From Chrysomallon squamiferum (lineage: Eukaryota > Animalia > Mollusca), in contig CM022670.1 in assembly GCA_012295275.1 (NCBI GenBank), positions 40,796,001-40,860,000 on the forward strand: a stretch of DNA of 64,000 bases, in the 5' to 3' direction. A program made the translations under genes and the position numbers. Shown piece by piece: positions 20,996 to 36,481 of this stretch. Under the pieces are notes generated by a model. That model saw only the letters and a list, made by a program, of their open reading frames with translations. It was not told the origin of the DNA and did not search any database. Position 1 is the stretch's first letter, and the number at the start of each line of letters is the position of its first letter.

Positions 20996-22240
20996 TAGAA
21001 CAATACAAATTAAAATATTTTTCCAAAAATTTAGTATTGATTTTATTTAAAACAGTGGTACCTGTCTTTACCCCTCCCCCGCTTTGTACGGACACGTTCC
21101 GAGTGTTTGTCTATGGCCATATCCTTTACATCAGCGGATAGCCATTTTAAAATTAATATTCGACTGCTAAAGCGAACAAGCATGTATCTAAATAAAATTA
21201 CTGTTTTTTTCTCTTCTTTTTTTTTCGTTTTTTCAGTAAGATTTATTTGTATTTGTTATATACTTAAATATGTAGTAAACATTAATTAATTGCTGATGAA
21301 GATACGAGGTAAAAAATACGAATAACGGAAGCGTTTGAAGTGACATTATTGTACGAATACACACATATAAGTAATATATACACGCGTATGGATGTGAAAG
21401 TATGTTTAAAAACATTTTAAAATTCTATTTAGATATAAAAACAGTTAATAACTTACGTTTATCTATTTTGTAATTCCAGTATTAAACTCTCAAAATACAA
21501 ATAAAACGACAGTGTATTAAAACATCGTTTCAGACTGAGTCGTAGTAAAAGTCAACTGAGTATTTGCTTTGTGAAATCTCAAGACAACTCAGACAAAACG
21601 TCAGTGTACTAAAATATCGATTCAGACTGAGTCATAATCAAATTATATTGTGAGTATTTACTTCGAGAAATCTCAAGATAACTCAAACAAAACGTCAGTA
21701 TACTAAAACATTGTTTCAGACTGAGTCATAGTAAAATTATATTGTATTTCCTTCGAGAAACCTCAGTACAATGAAATAATACGTTAGAGCAATAAGGTCG
21801 AGTTTTAAATCAGAAATCGACACTTTAACAGCATTAGGTTACAGCTGTGAGAATTTCACAGCCAAACGGTTGTTCACAACACAATGGGCTTTATTAACTC
21901 ACAAAGACTTAAAATATTGTAGGCTAGTTTATTTTGAAATACCCTAATATGTACTTACTTATCTGTTTTAATAATTAAAAAAAAAGGTTAAAATATAATT
22001 TTCAGAATGTTCGAGACGATAGAAGTGTCATATATTTACGAATTAAATATTTAGTTCTTAATCATTGACTAGTACTTCATTTGAGCTCTCTCCAGTGAAG
22101 TCACTTCGGTTTCAGTCATTTTCATTTCTGTTGTTCTCTCAACTTAGAGCATACACGTGTAAGAATTTTTAATTAACTACATAGATCAGCGTTCACAGTT
22201 TACGGTTATGTTTTCAGTCAAAAAAAAAAAAAAAAAAAAA

Positions 22241-22276
<36 letters not shown>

Positions 22277-22689
22277 GACACATACACATTTATATTCATT
22301 ATTTCATTTTTTTTATCAAAATTTCATACTGTTCAGAAAATAAATTATTAAAACCGGCTTAAGTAGCAACTGTCGAGAACAAAAAGGTCTTAAAAGGGGG
22401 GCTGACAGTATAAAGAATAGTACATATAAGAAAATATTGTATGTAATTAAATATTATTCTCTTATGTATACTTATCTTCATGCGCCTATAAGTAAATACA
22501 TTTTAAAAGATTCACATGTCTTTCTGACGTCTTGACTCTATTCTATTACACAGCAGGAGTTAATTTCTGTTCTGTCAGATAATTCAACTGAAAATACTCA
22601 TACAGCTTGCTTTGTGAAATCAGTTGTTAACAATGTATATCGAGGCGGAAAATACATACAACACCAAGGTTGGTTGGCTGGTTGGTTGG

Positions 22690-22884
<195 letters not shown>

Positions 22885-24003
22885 TTTCTCAGAAACGTCC
22901 GAAACAAAAATATAAAAATTATAAATAAATAAACTCTGTAGTAATATTGACATAAGTACACTGCATGAATTATAATGTAATGAGTTTAGTTTCACTGACA
23001 TACAATTATTAATGTATTAATTGATGAAAAAGAAAATTACTAAAACTCTAAACGCCATTTTGAAAAGAGCGGTAACCAGAAGTTAATCCAGCTGTATGAA
23101 AATACTGGAGAAAGGTTTAAGAGTTTATTGAATGAATACAAAAATGAAAAGACGAACATCGATCAGATACTAGAAAATGTTAAATTTGAATAAGATATGA
23201 CGTCAAATAAATACCTAAATCTCAGTTTCGTCATGTTGTCTACCACAGATGACATTTTTATTTTATATACATTGTTGGAATTATCAATAGAAACTAAGAA
23301 GAGTATGTACTGTGCTTTTATAGATTTTGTAAAATCTTTTAATTCATTGTAGTGTCTGCTGTCTGGGCTAAACGTATCAAATTGTGATTGACATTAATGG
23401 GAAATGTTTCAGAACAGTATTTAATGTATACGAGGATATGATAACCATCGAACTGTGGCAATTGGCAATAAATCAGTATATTTTCCTTGCAATTCAGGAC
23501 TGAGACAAGTAGAAAATGTGTCACCTTTTTTCATTTTCGTAATACTTTGATAACTGCCAGGTAATTCAGTGAACCAGTAATTAACAGTTATTCTATCGAA
23601 AGATCAAAATGAATACCTTAAGTTATTTCTGTTGTTACATAAGTTGACGATACTGTAATATTTATGTCATTTACTGCTACTGGTTTGAAATATATTTTGA
23701 TACATTAAAAAATAAACATTAATGCCACCAAGATAAAAATTAAGAATTTTTTCAAGAGGCAGGTTTAGATCAAATGTTTGGTTTATATATATGTATATAT
23801 ATAACAAGAGAAATATAATTGATGTCGAGGTTATACGCTTTCTACTACGTAATATGTCTTGTGTCAGAAAACTCGTTTTAAATCATATTTTACATGTTGT
23901 TTCGGTCTGTGAGTTATCTATATACCATGTTAGGTTGTTTATAATATTCCCAACGACGACAACAAAAATAATAATAAGGATTACAACTACAACAATATAA
24001 CTG

Positions 24004-24045
<42 letters not shown>

Positions 24046-24736
24046 CAACAACAACGTATCTTACAGTCATGAAACTTCATTTTCAACACATCAGTTTATG
24101 ACATTAGATACTAAAAATGTTAACACATAAGTCACCGTGGTATACTGCTTGTCAAACCAGTTTGAACTACGCATTAGGTATCCTGTCAGTTTTATCTATG
24201 CAGATGATATCATACCAGTGTCAAATATGTATTAGGTGTGAGACTTCAAAAGAAGATCTTTACAAAGGAAGAATAAACGCAGAAAAATGCACTTTCGGAT
24301 GTTAATACTATCAAAGTGAAGAAATATGATGCAAAGCAAAATCGTGATCAGGGTAATAATTACATGCTAATATAAAAGTGAACCGCCCAGCTAAGAATAT
24401 ATATATATACAGATAGAGATATAGATACAGATATAGATATAGATATGAACGGTCACCAACTATAATATTTTAACTAATATCTTCTGTCTCCCAGCAAACT
24501 AATTATGAAAATCTGCATGTTTATAAAGAATAAACTGATATTAATGAAAATGTCTTGTATTTCACTATATTCACCCTAAAATTACTAGCTAACTAAGGAT
24601 GTTAGGCTGTTCATTTTAAAAAGGCACAAACACTGCAGGTTGGTTTAAATACTAACATTCCTGTTGCCTTTACCACTCCTACTACAGTTCCTATTACTCT
24701 TACTGCTACAAGTACTGCTGTTACTATTACTACTAC

Positions 24737-24771
<35 letters not shown>

Positions 24772-25680
24772 GCATTACTACTAGTAGCTCTATCAATAGT
24801 GGCAGTGGCAGTAGTAGTAATAAATACGACGATAATGAAAAAAATAATTTTGTTTATAATAACAATAACTGCAATTAATCGCATTACAATTTATAATTTC
24901 GTTTCACCACCACCACCACAACAATCACTATTGTCGTCTTTACTATTTTCAGTGCTAATTATTACTTTACCTCTAACAACATAATTGGTAACTGGTATTT
25001 GACACCATGTCCCTGTATGTTTGGAAATGCTGACAGAGGGATAAGAAAAACAAATATTGATGGTATTATATCAAGAACTCGATAGCTGTGTTTTGATACC
25101 TGTGTGGTAATGGGTCGTCATTGCGGATATTAAACTGTCAAATCCAATAACTTGTTGCGAAACACGAGACTCTCTACAACAGCCAGACACGCTTTAACGG
25201 CCACCGAAACAAGAAATCTCTGCTTTTAATTTAAAAAAACCTCCACGCACACGGGATTCGACGAATACTCGGTAGTAAGCGATACGGTTAGAGAGATTTG
25301 CTCAAAGATATCTCCGTTGTTTTCAAGAGAGTCTGTTTATGCTGGTTTCATCGTACTGCGATCTCACGTTTCAGCCAGTCTTCCGAATAGGGCCGACCAG
25401 TGGCGAGGTTAATAATAAACGTCGGGGTGTACAAAAGGTGCGCCTTTGAGCAATTAAATCAACTCATCTTCTGACAGACAGACCCGAGTCTCTCAATTGA
25501 GCGTTTTCGTGGGATAGGGTTTCACGCCTTTTTGTGAACACGATTGCGTACGATATTCGTATTTAACCTTATACTCCAACAGCCATCAGTTGTTAACACA
25601 ATCAGATAAGTTCATCAATCACGACCAAAAAAGAAAAAGAAAAAGGAAAAAAAATAAAAAGAAAAAAATAAAAAACGAGG

Positions 25681-25688
25681 TATAAAAG
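25681..25688 (+). promoter_or_regulatory. TATA box of NIDO gene copy 2
   Basis: TATAAAAG about 70 nt upstream of ATG 25752. Confidence 0.6.
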
Positions 25689-25751
25689 GTACGAGAAGCC
25701 ATTTTTCATAGGAGTGGTTATAACGACACCTCTTCGAGAATATCACCCACT

Positions 25752-25932
25752 ATGTTGAATGTAAGATTATTTTTGGTTTTTGTCGCCGTTGTTGAAATTG
25801 TCGCTGCAGTGGATTTGTATCCGTACGATACGCCAGAAGATATAAGTTTGAGAAGTTCTAGTCCTGCCGTGTCGGTGCAGCCTCCGTTTCAATTTTATGG
25901 AAAAGTCTACAATTCTTTCTACGTAAGTTAGA

Positions 25933-25964
<32 letters not shown>

Positions 25965-26330
25965 ATAATAATATCATGATCAGCAACAACAAAAACAACA
26001 TTACTAATAATAATAGTATTATTATTGTTATTATTATTATTATATAACAATGATGGTAGAGATAAATATTGATGATAATATTTAGTGACAATGACGAAAA
26101 TCACATAAAATAAATTCAGATTAAAAACAGAGATATACAAATTATTTCGTTTTGTATAATCATAAGTAAAACATAGTCACTGAAATTTATTTTTACTTGA
26201 GCTTATTAAAAACATCTTAAAGATCCCACTGATACTCATTAACTGGATATCATAGAAAGTTTTTATTGTAAAACCATCAGTGATAATATTCTAAGGCCTA
26301 TTTCACGTTAAGCGTTCATAAATACGAGAC

Positions 26331-26366
<36 letters not shown>

Positions 26367-29300
26367 GATTATTATTATTATTATTACTGCATTTATGGCA
26401 ACACCTCATAACAATTACAGCTTGTATGAAAGGGACATACTAATTACTTTGGTTAATTAATATTTAATATAACGCAGATAAAATATCCAAACAGTTAAAG
26501 GGCCTGCAAGTAAAACATGGTATGAATATATCCTGATCAGGTTTTGACGACAGTCACAACGTAATCATTTTGCATGAGACGCCATTAACATAATTAACTT
26601 TGATGAAAATGGTGTCATTCAGAGAGGAACTGGATGTTTGTTTATAACGCTCTGGTTCATGGATCTCTGTGTAAATTGTGAAACATTTTTAAAAAGACTT
26701 TTTGCAGTTTCAGAATTAATAAACAAATAAATAAATAAATAAACAAATAAATAAATAAATAAATGAGTTAGTAGACAAACAACAAAGTACTTTAGTAAAT
26801 AAGTAAGTACAATTATCATATTGATTTATTAATAAGTAAGTTAGTACACAAACAAAAATCTTAGTAAATAAGTAATTACATACGTTAATTAATTAATTAA
26901 CAATAAGTTAGTAGACAATCAAACAAGTAAGTAAGTAAGCAAGCAAGTAAATAAGTAAATTGTATTAGAAAATAAATCAGTTAAACACTTTTCGTATGCA
27001 TTAGTCTGTAACATGAAGTTCATTTTCAGACGTGATCTCACTCTTACTGGAAAGAAAAAAAATATGTTACAGAGAAGTTCTTCTTTTATCGCTATAGTTA
27101 ATAATTAGAAAAAATAAAATAAAATAAATAAATAAATAAATAAAATTAGTTTTAGAAAATATAAAGAAAACAATTAAAAACTGAATTAACAGAAATAAAA
27201 AAAATCAAAGAATGTACTTGGAATACCTTTAGGTAGCCTGGCAGCAATATAGCAAGTGCATTTTTATTTAATTTTATATTAAATTTTTAAAATTTATTTA
27301 TTTACTTATATATAGTGGTAGTAGTAGTAGTGGTAGCAGTAGTAGTAAGCATAGCAGTAGTAGTAACTAGTAGTGGTAATAATTGTAGTTATTTATTTTT
27401 ATTATTGTTGTGTTCTTGATGTTGCTATTACCAGAAGTAGTGGTAGTAATTATAGTTTATTTATTTATTTATTATTGTGTTGTTGTTCTTATGTTAGAGG
27501 TAGTGATTGTAATTGTAGGTTATTTATTTATTCATTTATTTATTTATTACTGTGTTTTGTTGTTGTTGTTAGAATTAATCGTAGTGATTGCAGTTTATGT
27601 ATTTGATTATACATATGAAGCGAAGACAGCAATGATTTTAATGATCACAGTAATAAATAAACTACAAACATCACCGCGAACTAACAACGATAGATCCCGT
27701 GACTTTACAGCTGTGAGAGATGTGGTCTGTCCACAGGGCTACATCTTACGCTTTGATCGATGTTCAGTCTGTACACTACGTTTTCTACTCACGTATCTGT
27801 GTTGTATAAAAAGAGACTGATAGAAAGAGGTGATATATCAAACATACTACAGAGATTTTATCATTGACGCATTGACAATTCAAGCGTGAGATTTGCTAGA
27901 TGATATCTTTGTTAGCACGTTCTCCTTTGTCAGTAGGCTTGTGTCATACAACACTGAACTCTTTCTTTACTTCGTGCGATTCTCATAAACAACAGTTTAT
28001 TTGCTTTTTACTGTTGCTCGTGATGGCATCATCGAGATTATTTAAGATTAAACTGGTGAATTGTAAGTCATGTTATTCAAATTTGTGTGTTAGAAGATGG
28101 GACAAGGGCGCAGGACATAAGGCACTGGAAATATTTTTTTTATTATTTTTTTTATTTACTTTCTTACATATTTATATATCAGCATTTCTTTTTTTTTATA
28201 TTTGCTATTTTTTATATTATTATTTGTTAGATTATTATAATTTAAAAAAGTATATTTTTGTTATATTGTTGTTGACGGCTATGTAAGCTGTTTCTATTAC
28301 TCATACATTTCTCGTTATGAATAGACAGATCACATATCACCACGTAATTAGATAAACGCAACATTATTGTACACCACTGACCTCTCCTTACCTCGCCAGT
28401 GCCCCCTACCGAGAAAACAGTGTGTCACACTGACATTTTTAATAACCAGTCGATTTCTATGAGTAAATTAATTTCATAAATATACCAAACTCGACCAACG
28501 GTGAGGAAGAAAAGTAGATGATAGTCGTGCAGTACACCGAAGTTCACGAGACTTTGCTTTTCTCCAACGAAGTCTCAGCTACAGTTTCCCAAGATTCCTT
28601 ATGTCCACCGAAATTCAAATTACAAGATTGTACGCATGTCCGCCGACTGTTCAAGTACAGCTCACGAGACTGTACTTTGTGGCTGATGGGATGGACTATA
28701 TGTATATGTTGTTTGTGTATACGTATCTCTCTATATGTATGTATGAATGTAGGGATTATGTAAGTATGTATGATTTATGAAGGTAAAACGGTCGTAATTT
28801 ATCATCATTACCACACAGTAATTGTATACCCAGCTGTTTTCAGCGTGGATTATCACAGTTCTTTACAGAGGCATTGATGTGGTTATACGATCACACAGAC
28901 TTTTTGTGTTTTCTGCTATCTCGACTCATCTCTGTGTCGCTAAAATTCATTATAAGACATTATTATCTGGTAACTGTATATTAACTGTACACTTGCTGTT
29001 ATAATTTAGGGTTGTTATTGTTATGATTATTATCGGCGCAGTATTTATTTATTTATTTATTTTATTATATATATTTTTTTTAAAGATAAACATAGATGGT
29101 TCAGTAAGCTTCGGAGAAACGGCAGATTTTACAAAAACTACAATGAATGCTGTGACTGTCGTACCAGCCGTGTGTGCTTTTTGTGCTGATATTTATAAAA
29201 AAGCTGACACCAGCATAATTTACAGAATTACAAACGATTCAAGCCTGCTGACAGACATTGCACAAGCAGCTGGACAGTTTGAAATGTTCCAACCTTCTTT

Positions 29301-29543
29301 CCATCCAGTTTCTGCCTTAGTAGTCACGTGGGAAAACGTTGGTAATATAAACGACAAGCCACTCGAGGTAAATAATATCTGTTTTGACTTTATTTTATAT
29401 ATTTTTTTATACCAGACAGAGCAGTCTAGACTATCTTGAAGAAAATTAATACCAGTAATTTTGTGGCTATATTTTTCTCTCAAAGATTCCATTAAAGTAT
29501 ACCCCGTCATTAGTATCATTTAAAATACTATATATATATCGTG

Positions 29544-29585
<42 letters not shown>

Positions 29586-31237
29586 CAATAAATTTTAACC
29601 ATTTTTCGGGTATTGCATCTTTTTATTTTAATCCTTTCATGTAAAGTCTGAAAAATTCCCAGATACTAATCCTTATACATTGTGTTAACAATGATATCCC
29701 ATAATTATAATTATTATTAGTGGAATTAATAGTGATTTAAATAAGCAAAAATAAGAAAACTTAAATTAAACAGGAACTGCTGATGTTATATAACCAGCAT
29801 TATTTCTTGGTATAATTTTTCTGTTATTGAATATTTCGTAGATAGAAATAAAACTTAGAGAGAAATAAATTTTCTAAATTCATTGTTAGTGATAGTAACC
29901 AAATTCTAACATTAAAACGTTCAGTGTTTTCACGTAATCAAAAATCTAAGGAAAAAAATAGATAGGAAAATCTCCAGAATAATGCAGTTTAATGTGTTAT
30001 TACAGACGAACACGTTCCAAGCAGTTTTGGCTCATGACGCTGAAAAGTCACTGGTGATGCTAATGTACAAAAGAATGACTTGGATTATCGACACTAAAGA
30101 TCTTTCAGCAGACTATCCTAATTGGGACCCTTCCACGGTACCCATTAGAACTCAGGTTGGTATGTGCGTGCGTAGGTGTTTGATTAATGTATGTGTGTAT
30201 CTTCGTATTTGTGAAAATATGTATATATGTATGTATATGTATGTGTTATGTGTGTTTGTGATTTTGTGCGTATGTGGAGACACGTAAGCACGTAGTGAAG
30301 GATACTTTCAGAGATATGAATCGTTTACCACTACCGTGTTATGATGATGTTATGAAAATATGTTTATCACAGGCTGGTTTCCTTACTGATGACAGCAAAA
30401 AGTACTATCTTCTTGATGGGTCAAGGTCAGAGGATTTACTCAACGTCACTCATAATTCGAACATAGGAATTCCTGGAAAGTACTTGTTTCGAGTAGATAC
30501 GGATATAATGGAACCAGTTCGTATAAGTAAGTTACATATTTGCATATATTAATTATATCTTAAATAGCTATAGTCTATACTTTAGATAATTCTCCTAACC
30601 TTAATATCCAAGTACACAAAAGCTCGGTACTATTTCATTATTTGTATAAAAGATTTATTAACCTTTGAAGAGAATTCTATTGAAGATTATAAGAAAGAAA
30701 CGTATATGTATTGTAACGAAGAAAAAATGAAATATTTTATTTCAAAAGAACAGTTTTGAATGACAGAAAAAATCTTTTCACAGTTACTGTAATGGTAATA
30801 TTTCGGCTGATCTACTTCCTTGAAAACCGACAGATCTGCACTGTAAAGTTAATAATAAAAATAATAATAGTATTTGTGTTAACTAAGAATTACCAGTCAT
30901 GTGTGTCATAGAAAAACTAAAGTTATTCAATGATATTTCATCCTGATCTAAATTTATATATCTATTAGCATAATAATATTTTAATATATATGGACACTAA
31001 TAAATAAATAAATAAATAAATAATAACAAAATATAAGGTAAATAATAAACAAATAAATAAAAAATGCATTGACACACACACTCACACAGAGACACAGATT
31101 ATTATTATTATTATTATTATTATTATACTTCTATTTCAGCAACAGTGACAACGACCCCAGGACAGTCTACAGGCACTAGTATTGGCATGACCGCAGTTGT
31201 CATACTTTGTCTTTTATCTTTTATTCTTTGCTACTGA
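25752..31237 (+). CDS. NIDO-domain cell-surface protein, copy 2 (284 aa GPI-type isoform)
   Basis: join(25752-25922,29086-29367,30006-30155,30373-30526,31140-31237), GT-AG, 855 nt open frame. Same architecture as copy 1, with 4 more aa in exon 3 (SADYPNWDPS vs SANDPS) and 3 more in exon 5. Confidence 0.88.
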
Positions 31238-31600
31238 AGTTCTTTTTCTTTTCTTTCTTCTTCTTCTTTTTTTTTTTTTAAATTAAACAAGAAAGAAAGG
31301 AATAACCCCAGACATTTATACAGTAATGTAGAACAAACAAACAAAAAGTTGATAATAATAAATGTAGTTAAAAGGTGAAGGACTGCTTTATATTACTGCA
31401 TGTTTTAATCCTTGAAAGATATATTAAAGAAGAAAGTTATATACGATTATTAATTAATTAATTAACTTATTTATTTATTTATTTATTTATTTATTATTCG
31501 GTGAAGGAATGCTTTCTATCATTGCATGTTTTAATCCTTGAACGATATATTAAATCAGAAAGATTTATAGCAATTATTAATTAACTTATTTATTTATCTG

Positions 31601-31632
<32 letters not shown>

Positions 31633-33430
31633 GATACATACATATATGTTGGATATTCTGGTATATATGTTGGTGTTAATAGTTACTGTAACTATTATTA
31701 TTTTATTATTTGTAAGAATATTATCAAAGCTGCAATATTCAGTTTTCATTTAATAAATAAATAAAATTGTGTTGTTAAAAAGAATGAACTTTGAATTTCA
31801 GAATTTTTATGTACATTTATTCACTTATAACAATATATCTGTGACAAATATACATAAAGCTTTGGGACAATTATTATGTTATTGCAAATTCATCGTAGTT
31901 TTATTTTTTCATACATACGTACACACACGCACATATTACGTTTAATGTTTTATCATGTAGAATTTTAAGAGTCAGTGCACATGAATAAATAACTAAGCAT
32001 AATAATGACAAAGGTAGGCTTATCTGCTCGCTAATTTACTATATAGTGAAAAATGCCATTTGTAAATTATTTATGATTAAAATTATGATAATGTCAGCTT
32101 ATTACACTTTTTACATATTATTTCTAGTTTACTTTTCATCTCTAGATGTTCTTTTTCATTTGTGGTCATTATTATTTCTTTCATTATTTGTGTAATCGAT
32201 GTTGTTGTAGTTTTTATTATTATTATTATTACTATTATTAAAATGATGATTATTGTTATTATGATTATGATGATGATGACGATGATGATGATTATTATTA
32301 TGATTATGATTATTATTATTATTATTATTACGTTTTGGTTTTAATTGTTTTTATTTTTATTATTATTTTATTCTCGTTATTTTGTTATTGCACCAGTTAT
32401 TTAATAAAAGATGCTATGAATATAATTACTATTGTCTGTTATCAGTTTTATTATTATTATTATTACTGTTATTGCTGATACCCAGCAAGTAACAAAATTA
32501 ACATTTCAATAACAACGGATATACTGTGCATGATATATATAAAAAAATTAGTAACTAAAGTATGCTTCAGCTTGCTTATATTGTAAACTGCTATACATGT
32601 TACAGATATTCATATGAAGTTAACAGGTATCATATAGTTTTGTACCACTTGAGAGTGAAAAAAGAATGCCATGGCTCACTGAACTGCTAATCATATGCCT
32701 TTTACCTAGCATATAATAATGGACTCGTCTTCCCAGTTGTTACAGACCTTTACTCTAGTTGTACAAAAATCGATGAAGAAAAATTTGTACCAAATATATA
32801 AAAATTAGGATTATTTGCATCTCTTGAAGGATATTTTCCTGAGTTATTAATATTATTATTGCATTTAGCTGTATTAAGCGAAAATAACTTGGTCGTTGTT
32901 GACTGTCACACTTAATATAGGTTTTCTTAATTGGTACCTAAGCTGATTGTGTGACAACTGGACTGTTAACAGATGTAAGACGCTTGCTGCTAATCAAACA
33001 GAAACACCTGATTGTGGATTTCCTACCGCGCAGGAGGCATTATCACAATATTAACGTTATTTAATTTTAAAGTTGCTACTTTGGTGTGTGATCTTTGCAA
33101 TGCAGTGATCTACAGCGAGAAAATTCTATGCGCTTATTTTAATTATTATTTTGTTTGTTCTTGTTTTAGTTTTTTATTATATATTTATAATTGAGTGTTA
33201 AAGGTGAATAAGTTTATCGATGAATTCAGCGGACTTCTGCGATAAGTTTGGCAGCCGCGAGTTTTGCAAAGTAAAGTTGACAGTATTTCGCCGTTTTTAC
33301 CTTTTCTTCGAACTTCCTTCTTCGTAGCCTGTCACGCGAAAGTAGAATTATATATATATATCTTGTTGATGGGGGGTTTTAAAAATTTTTAATCCAACAA
33401 ATTTGATTTTTTATTTAATTTAAATTTCAG

Positions 33431-33714
33431 AATCAACATTAGAAACATCGACAACAACAGAAGTTACTTCAACATCAGCATCATTTAGATCACCAACGTC
33501 AACACAAACAACACCAACTTCTGGAACAATATCAAAAGCAACAAAAAAGATGACGCTGCCAACGTCACAACAACAGACTCATCAACCACTGTCAACGGGC
33601 GCCTACATCGGCATCGGACTTGGCGTACTAGCAGTTGTGATAATTTGTGCTATATATATCTTTGTTATTAAAACAGTTTTACTGAAGAAGAACAACCCCT
33701 CTCCAATCAAATAA
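33431..33714 (+). CDS. Alternative last exon of NIDO copy 2: Ser/Thr-rich stalk + transmembrane helix + short basic tail
   Basis: Acceptor aatttcAG, phase 1 matching the exon-4 donor at 30526. Reads KSTLETSTTTEVTSTSASFRSPTSTQTTPTSGTISKATKKMTLPTSQQQTHQPLSTGAYIGIGLGVLAVVIICAIYIFVIKTVLLKKNNPSPIK*. AATAAA follows at ~33748. Confidence 0.75.
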
Positions 33715-34539
33715 TTATTAAAAAAAAAAAAAAAAAACGTAATTAGAAATAAACAAAATAAACTCATAAATATTTTTACAGTGTACATGTTAAAGATAAT
33801 AATAATAATAATAGTAATAATAATAATAATAGCAAAACGGCCCAGAAAAAAATGTTTAAAACCTACCTAATGCACTTCATTTTATGTGTATGTTATAGAG
33901 ACACAAACGGCATTACACAGTTATTTGCAGACGACACTTGATTGACAGGTGTCACCGCAGTGCAGTTAGTCACATGATTATGGAGCTGTAGTAGGTAGTT
34001 TCGAACAGCAATTAAATATTAAAACTGAAGTTAAATTACATTTCACTAACAGCCATTTTCAATATCTTAATTTTTTTAATTTTTTTTTAATTTTTTTTTT
34101 TGCGCTTTTGAGCTGGTTTTTAACCAGAAGAAGAAAACATTATTATTATTATTGTTCACCTAATGAGTATATTTATAATTTAAGTTATAGATGTTTCTAC
34201 ATATTAGTTTCTGTTTCGTTCTAACCTGTGTGCAGTTAATCTGAAATAAGTTCTATGTAAAAATGTTAAAAGAAAACAACAAACTGAATATGGATGCTTG
34301 TATCAGTAACTTCATTATTATAAGCTAAAAATAAATAAATAATAATAATAATAATAATAACAGCTGACTATTAAAAAAATAACAACAACAACAACAACAA
34401 TACAAAATTTAAATATTAAAACTGTAAAGCAGGCTAGTTCAGTTACAATGAATCTAAATTACAAAATAAAAATGCTTTATACAAATACAAATTGACTTGT
34501 GTTACATTTACAAAACATTGTGATACACTAAGTGTGATT

Positions 34540-34609
<70 letters not shown>

Positions 34610-35895
34610 TAGAACAATACAAATTAAAATATTTTCCGCACAATTTAGTATTGATTTTATTCAAAACAGTGGTACCTGTCTTTAGCAGCAGCCAGATGAG
34701 TGCCCCCTCCTCACCCCTCGCTTTGTACGGACACGTTCCGAGTGTTTGTCTATGGCCATATCCTTTACATCAGCGGAGAGCAATTTTAAAATTAATATTC
34801 GATCCAAGCATCATGATTGGGATTTGTTTTCTGGACTGCACAATGCATACAGGGAACGTTGTTTTTGACGAATCACAAGAGACCGCGAACAACAATCGGT
34901 AAATTGTTCGAATTCAATTCATTTGGTACATAATTTTGATAATTCTAGCATTGAACATCATTCCATGCATATTTATGTTTTAGCGGAATTTTGAAGAGAA
35001 AAAGATGATGCGAATGGCACAAAGTGAAGCTCTATTCGCGTTTCAAACACTATATTTTGTAAAACATAGACTTATTATTATTATGACGTAAAAAATATGT
35101 TTTATTCACATCAATCAATAAATGCGATGTGTTTGCGTACGCACGCACACAGACACACACACAAAAAAACAAGTAATGAAAAAAAAAAAGACACACACAA
35201 AATATCCAGAGAATAGAAATGTTTACAATTGACATTCTTCACATCTTCATGTAATACGTCACCGAGTAGAATTGAAATATATGTAGCATGTAACAGGTGA
35301 ATATGGTATAAAATCTATCATATTAGACATCTAACTTTTTTTTAAGGGTTTTAAGTCTGTATTTATTCAGAGGAACACACACATACATAGGTACCAGGGA
35401 TCGTGGGATAAACCAACATGGGCGAAATACTCGCCTTGTTGTACTAAACTCCGCCTTATTTTTAACCCACGGCGAAGTCTCAGTTTATTGGGTTTTTTAA
35501 ATTTATTTATTATTTTTAATTATTTATAGTTATTATTATTATATTTTTGATATAACTGGAAGTTTAAAGTTACGACACATTTTGCCTCCATTTTGTCCAA
35601 AGATCACGTGAACACATGTTGCTATAGGCCAGCAGACTTCCGTTATTTCCGTCAAATTACGGTTATTAATAAATCAGGGGATGAGTTGCATGAACAGCTG
35701 TAAAAGCGCATAGTTTATTCTGAAATTCAACAGCTGTGAATAATTCTAACGAAGTGTGTCTAATAATGGAATTGTAATTTTTTAAACAACCAAATGATTC
35801 AACAGATGGACTTTTGTCTGTATATTTTTTAAACAGCAATAAAATACACAACTCGAATTAATTTGACCATAAATATGCACAGGTAACTAAATAAA

Positions 35896-35933
<38 letters not shown>

Positions 35934-36249
35934 CACACACACACATATATATATATATATTACAAATTATTGTAGATTTAGATTAAATATTCAGTATTTA
36001 CATATTGAACATTGATCACGATCGGAAAAGAATAAAATAAAATAAAAAGATAAAGGAAAAAAGATGTAATGAAGGAATAAAATAAACAAGCCATTTTCGT
36101 GTTTTATATGAATGCATATTAATGAGCAATAAAGTTTCAAGCTAATGAAACACAAAATAAAAATAAAAATAAAAAGGAATAAAGAAGCAATTTTTCATAG
36201 CAGTGCAGAGTATACAACCACAATATCATTTCAAGAAATATCACCGACT

Positions 36250-36428
36250 ATGTTGCATCTAAAATTATTTTTTGTTTTTGTCGCCGTTGCTGAAACTGTC
36301 GCTGCTGTGGAGTTGTATCTGTATGATCCGCCAGAAGGTAAGAGTTTGATAATGTCTACTATTAGTATGTCGGCGAAGCCTCCGTTTAAACATTTTGGAA
36401 AAGACTACAATTCTATCTCCGTAAGTTA

Positions 36429-36481
<53 letters not shown>

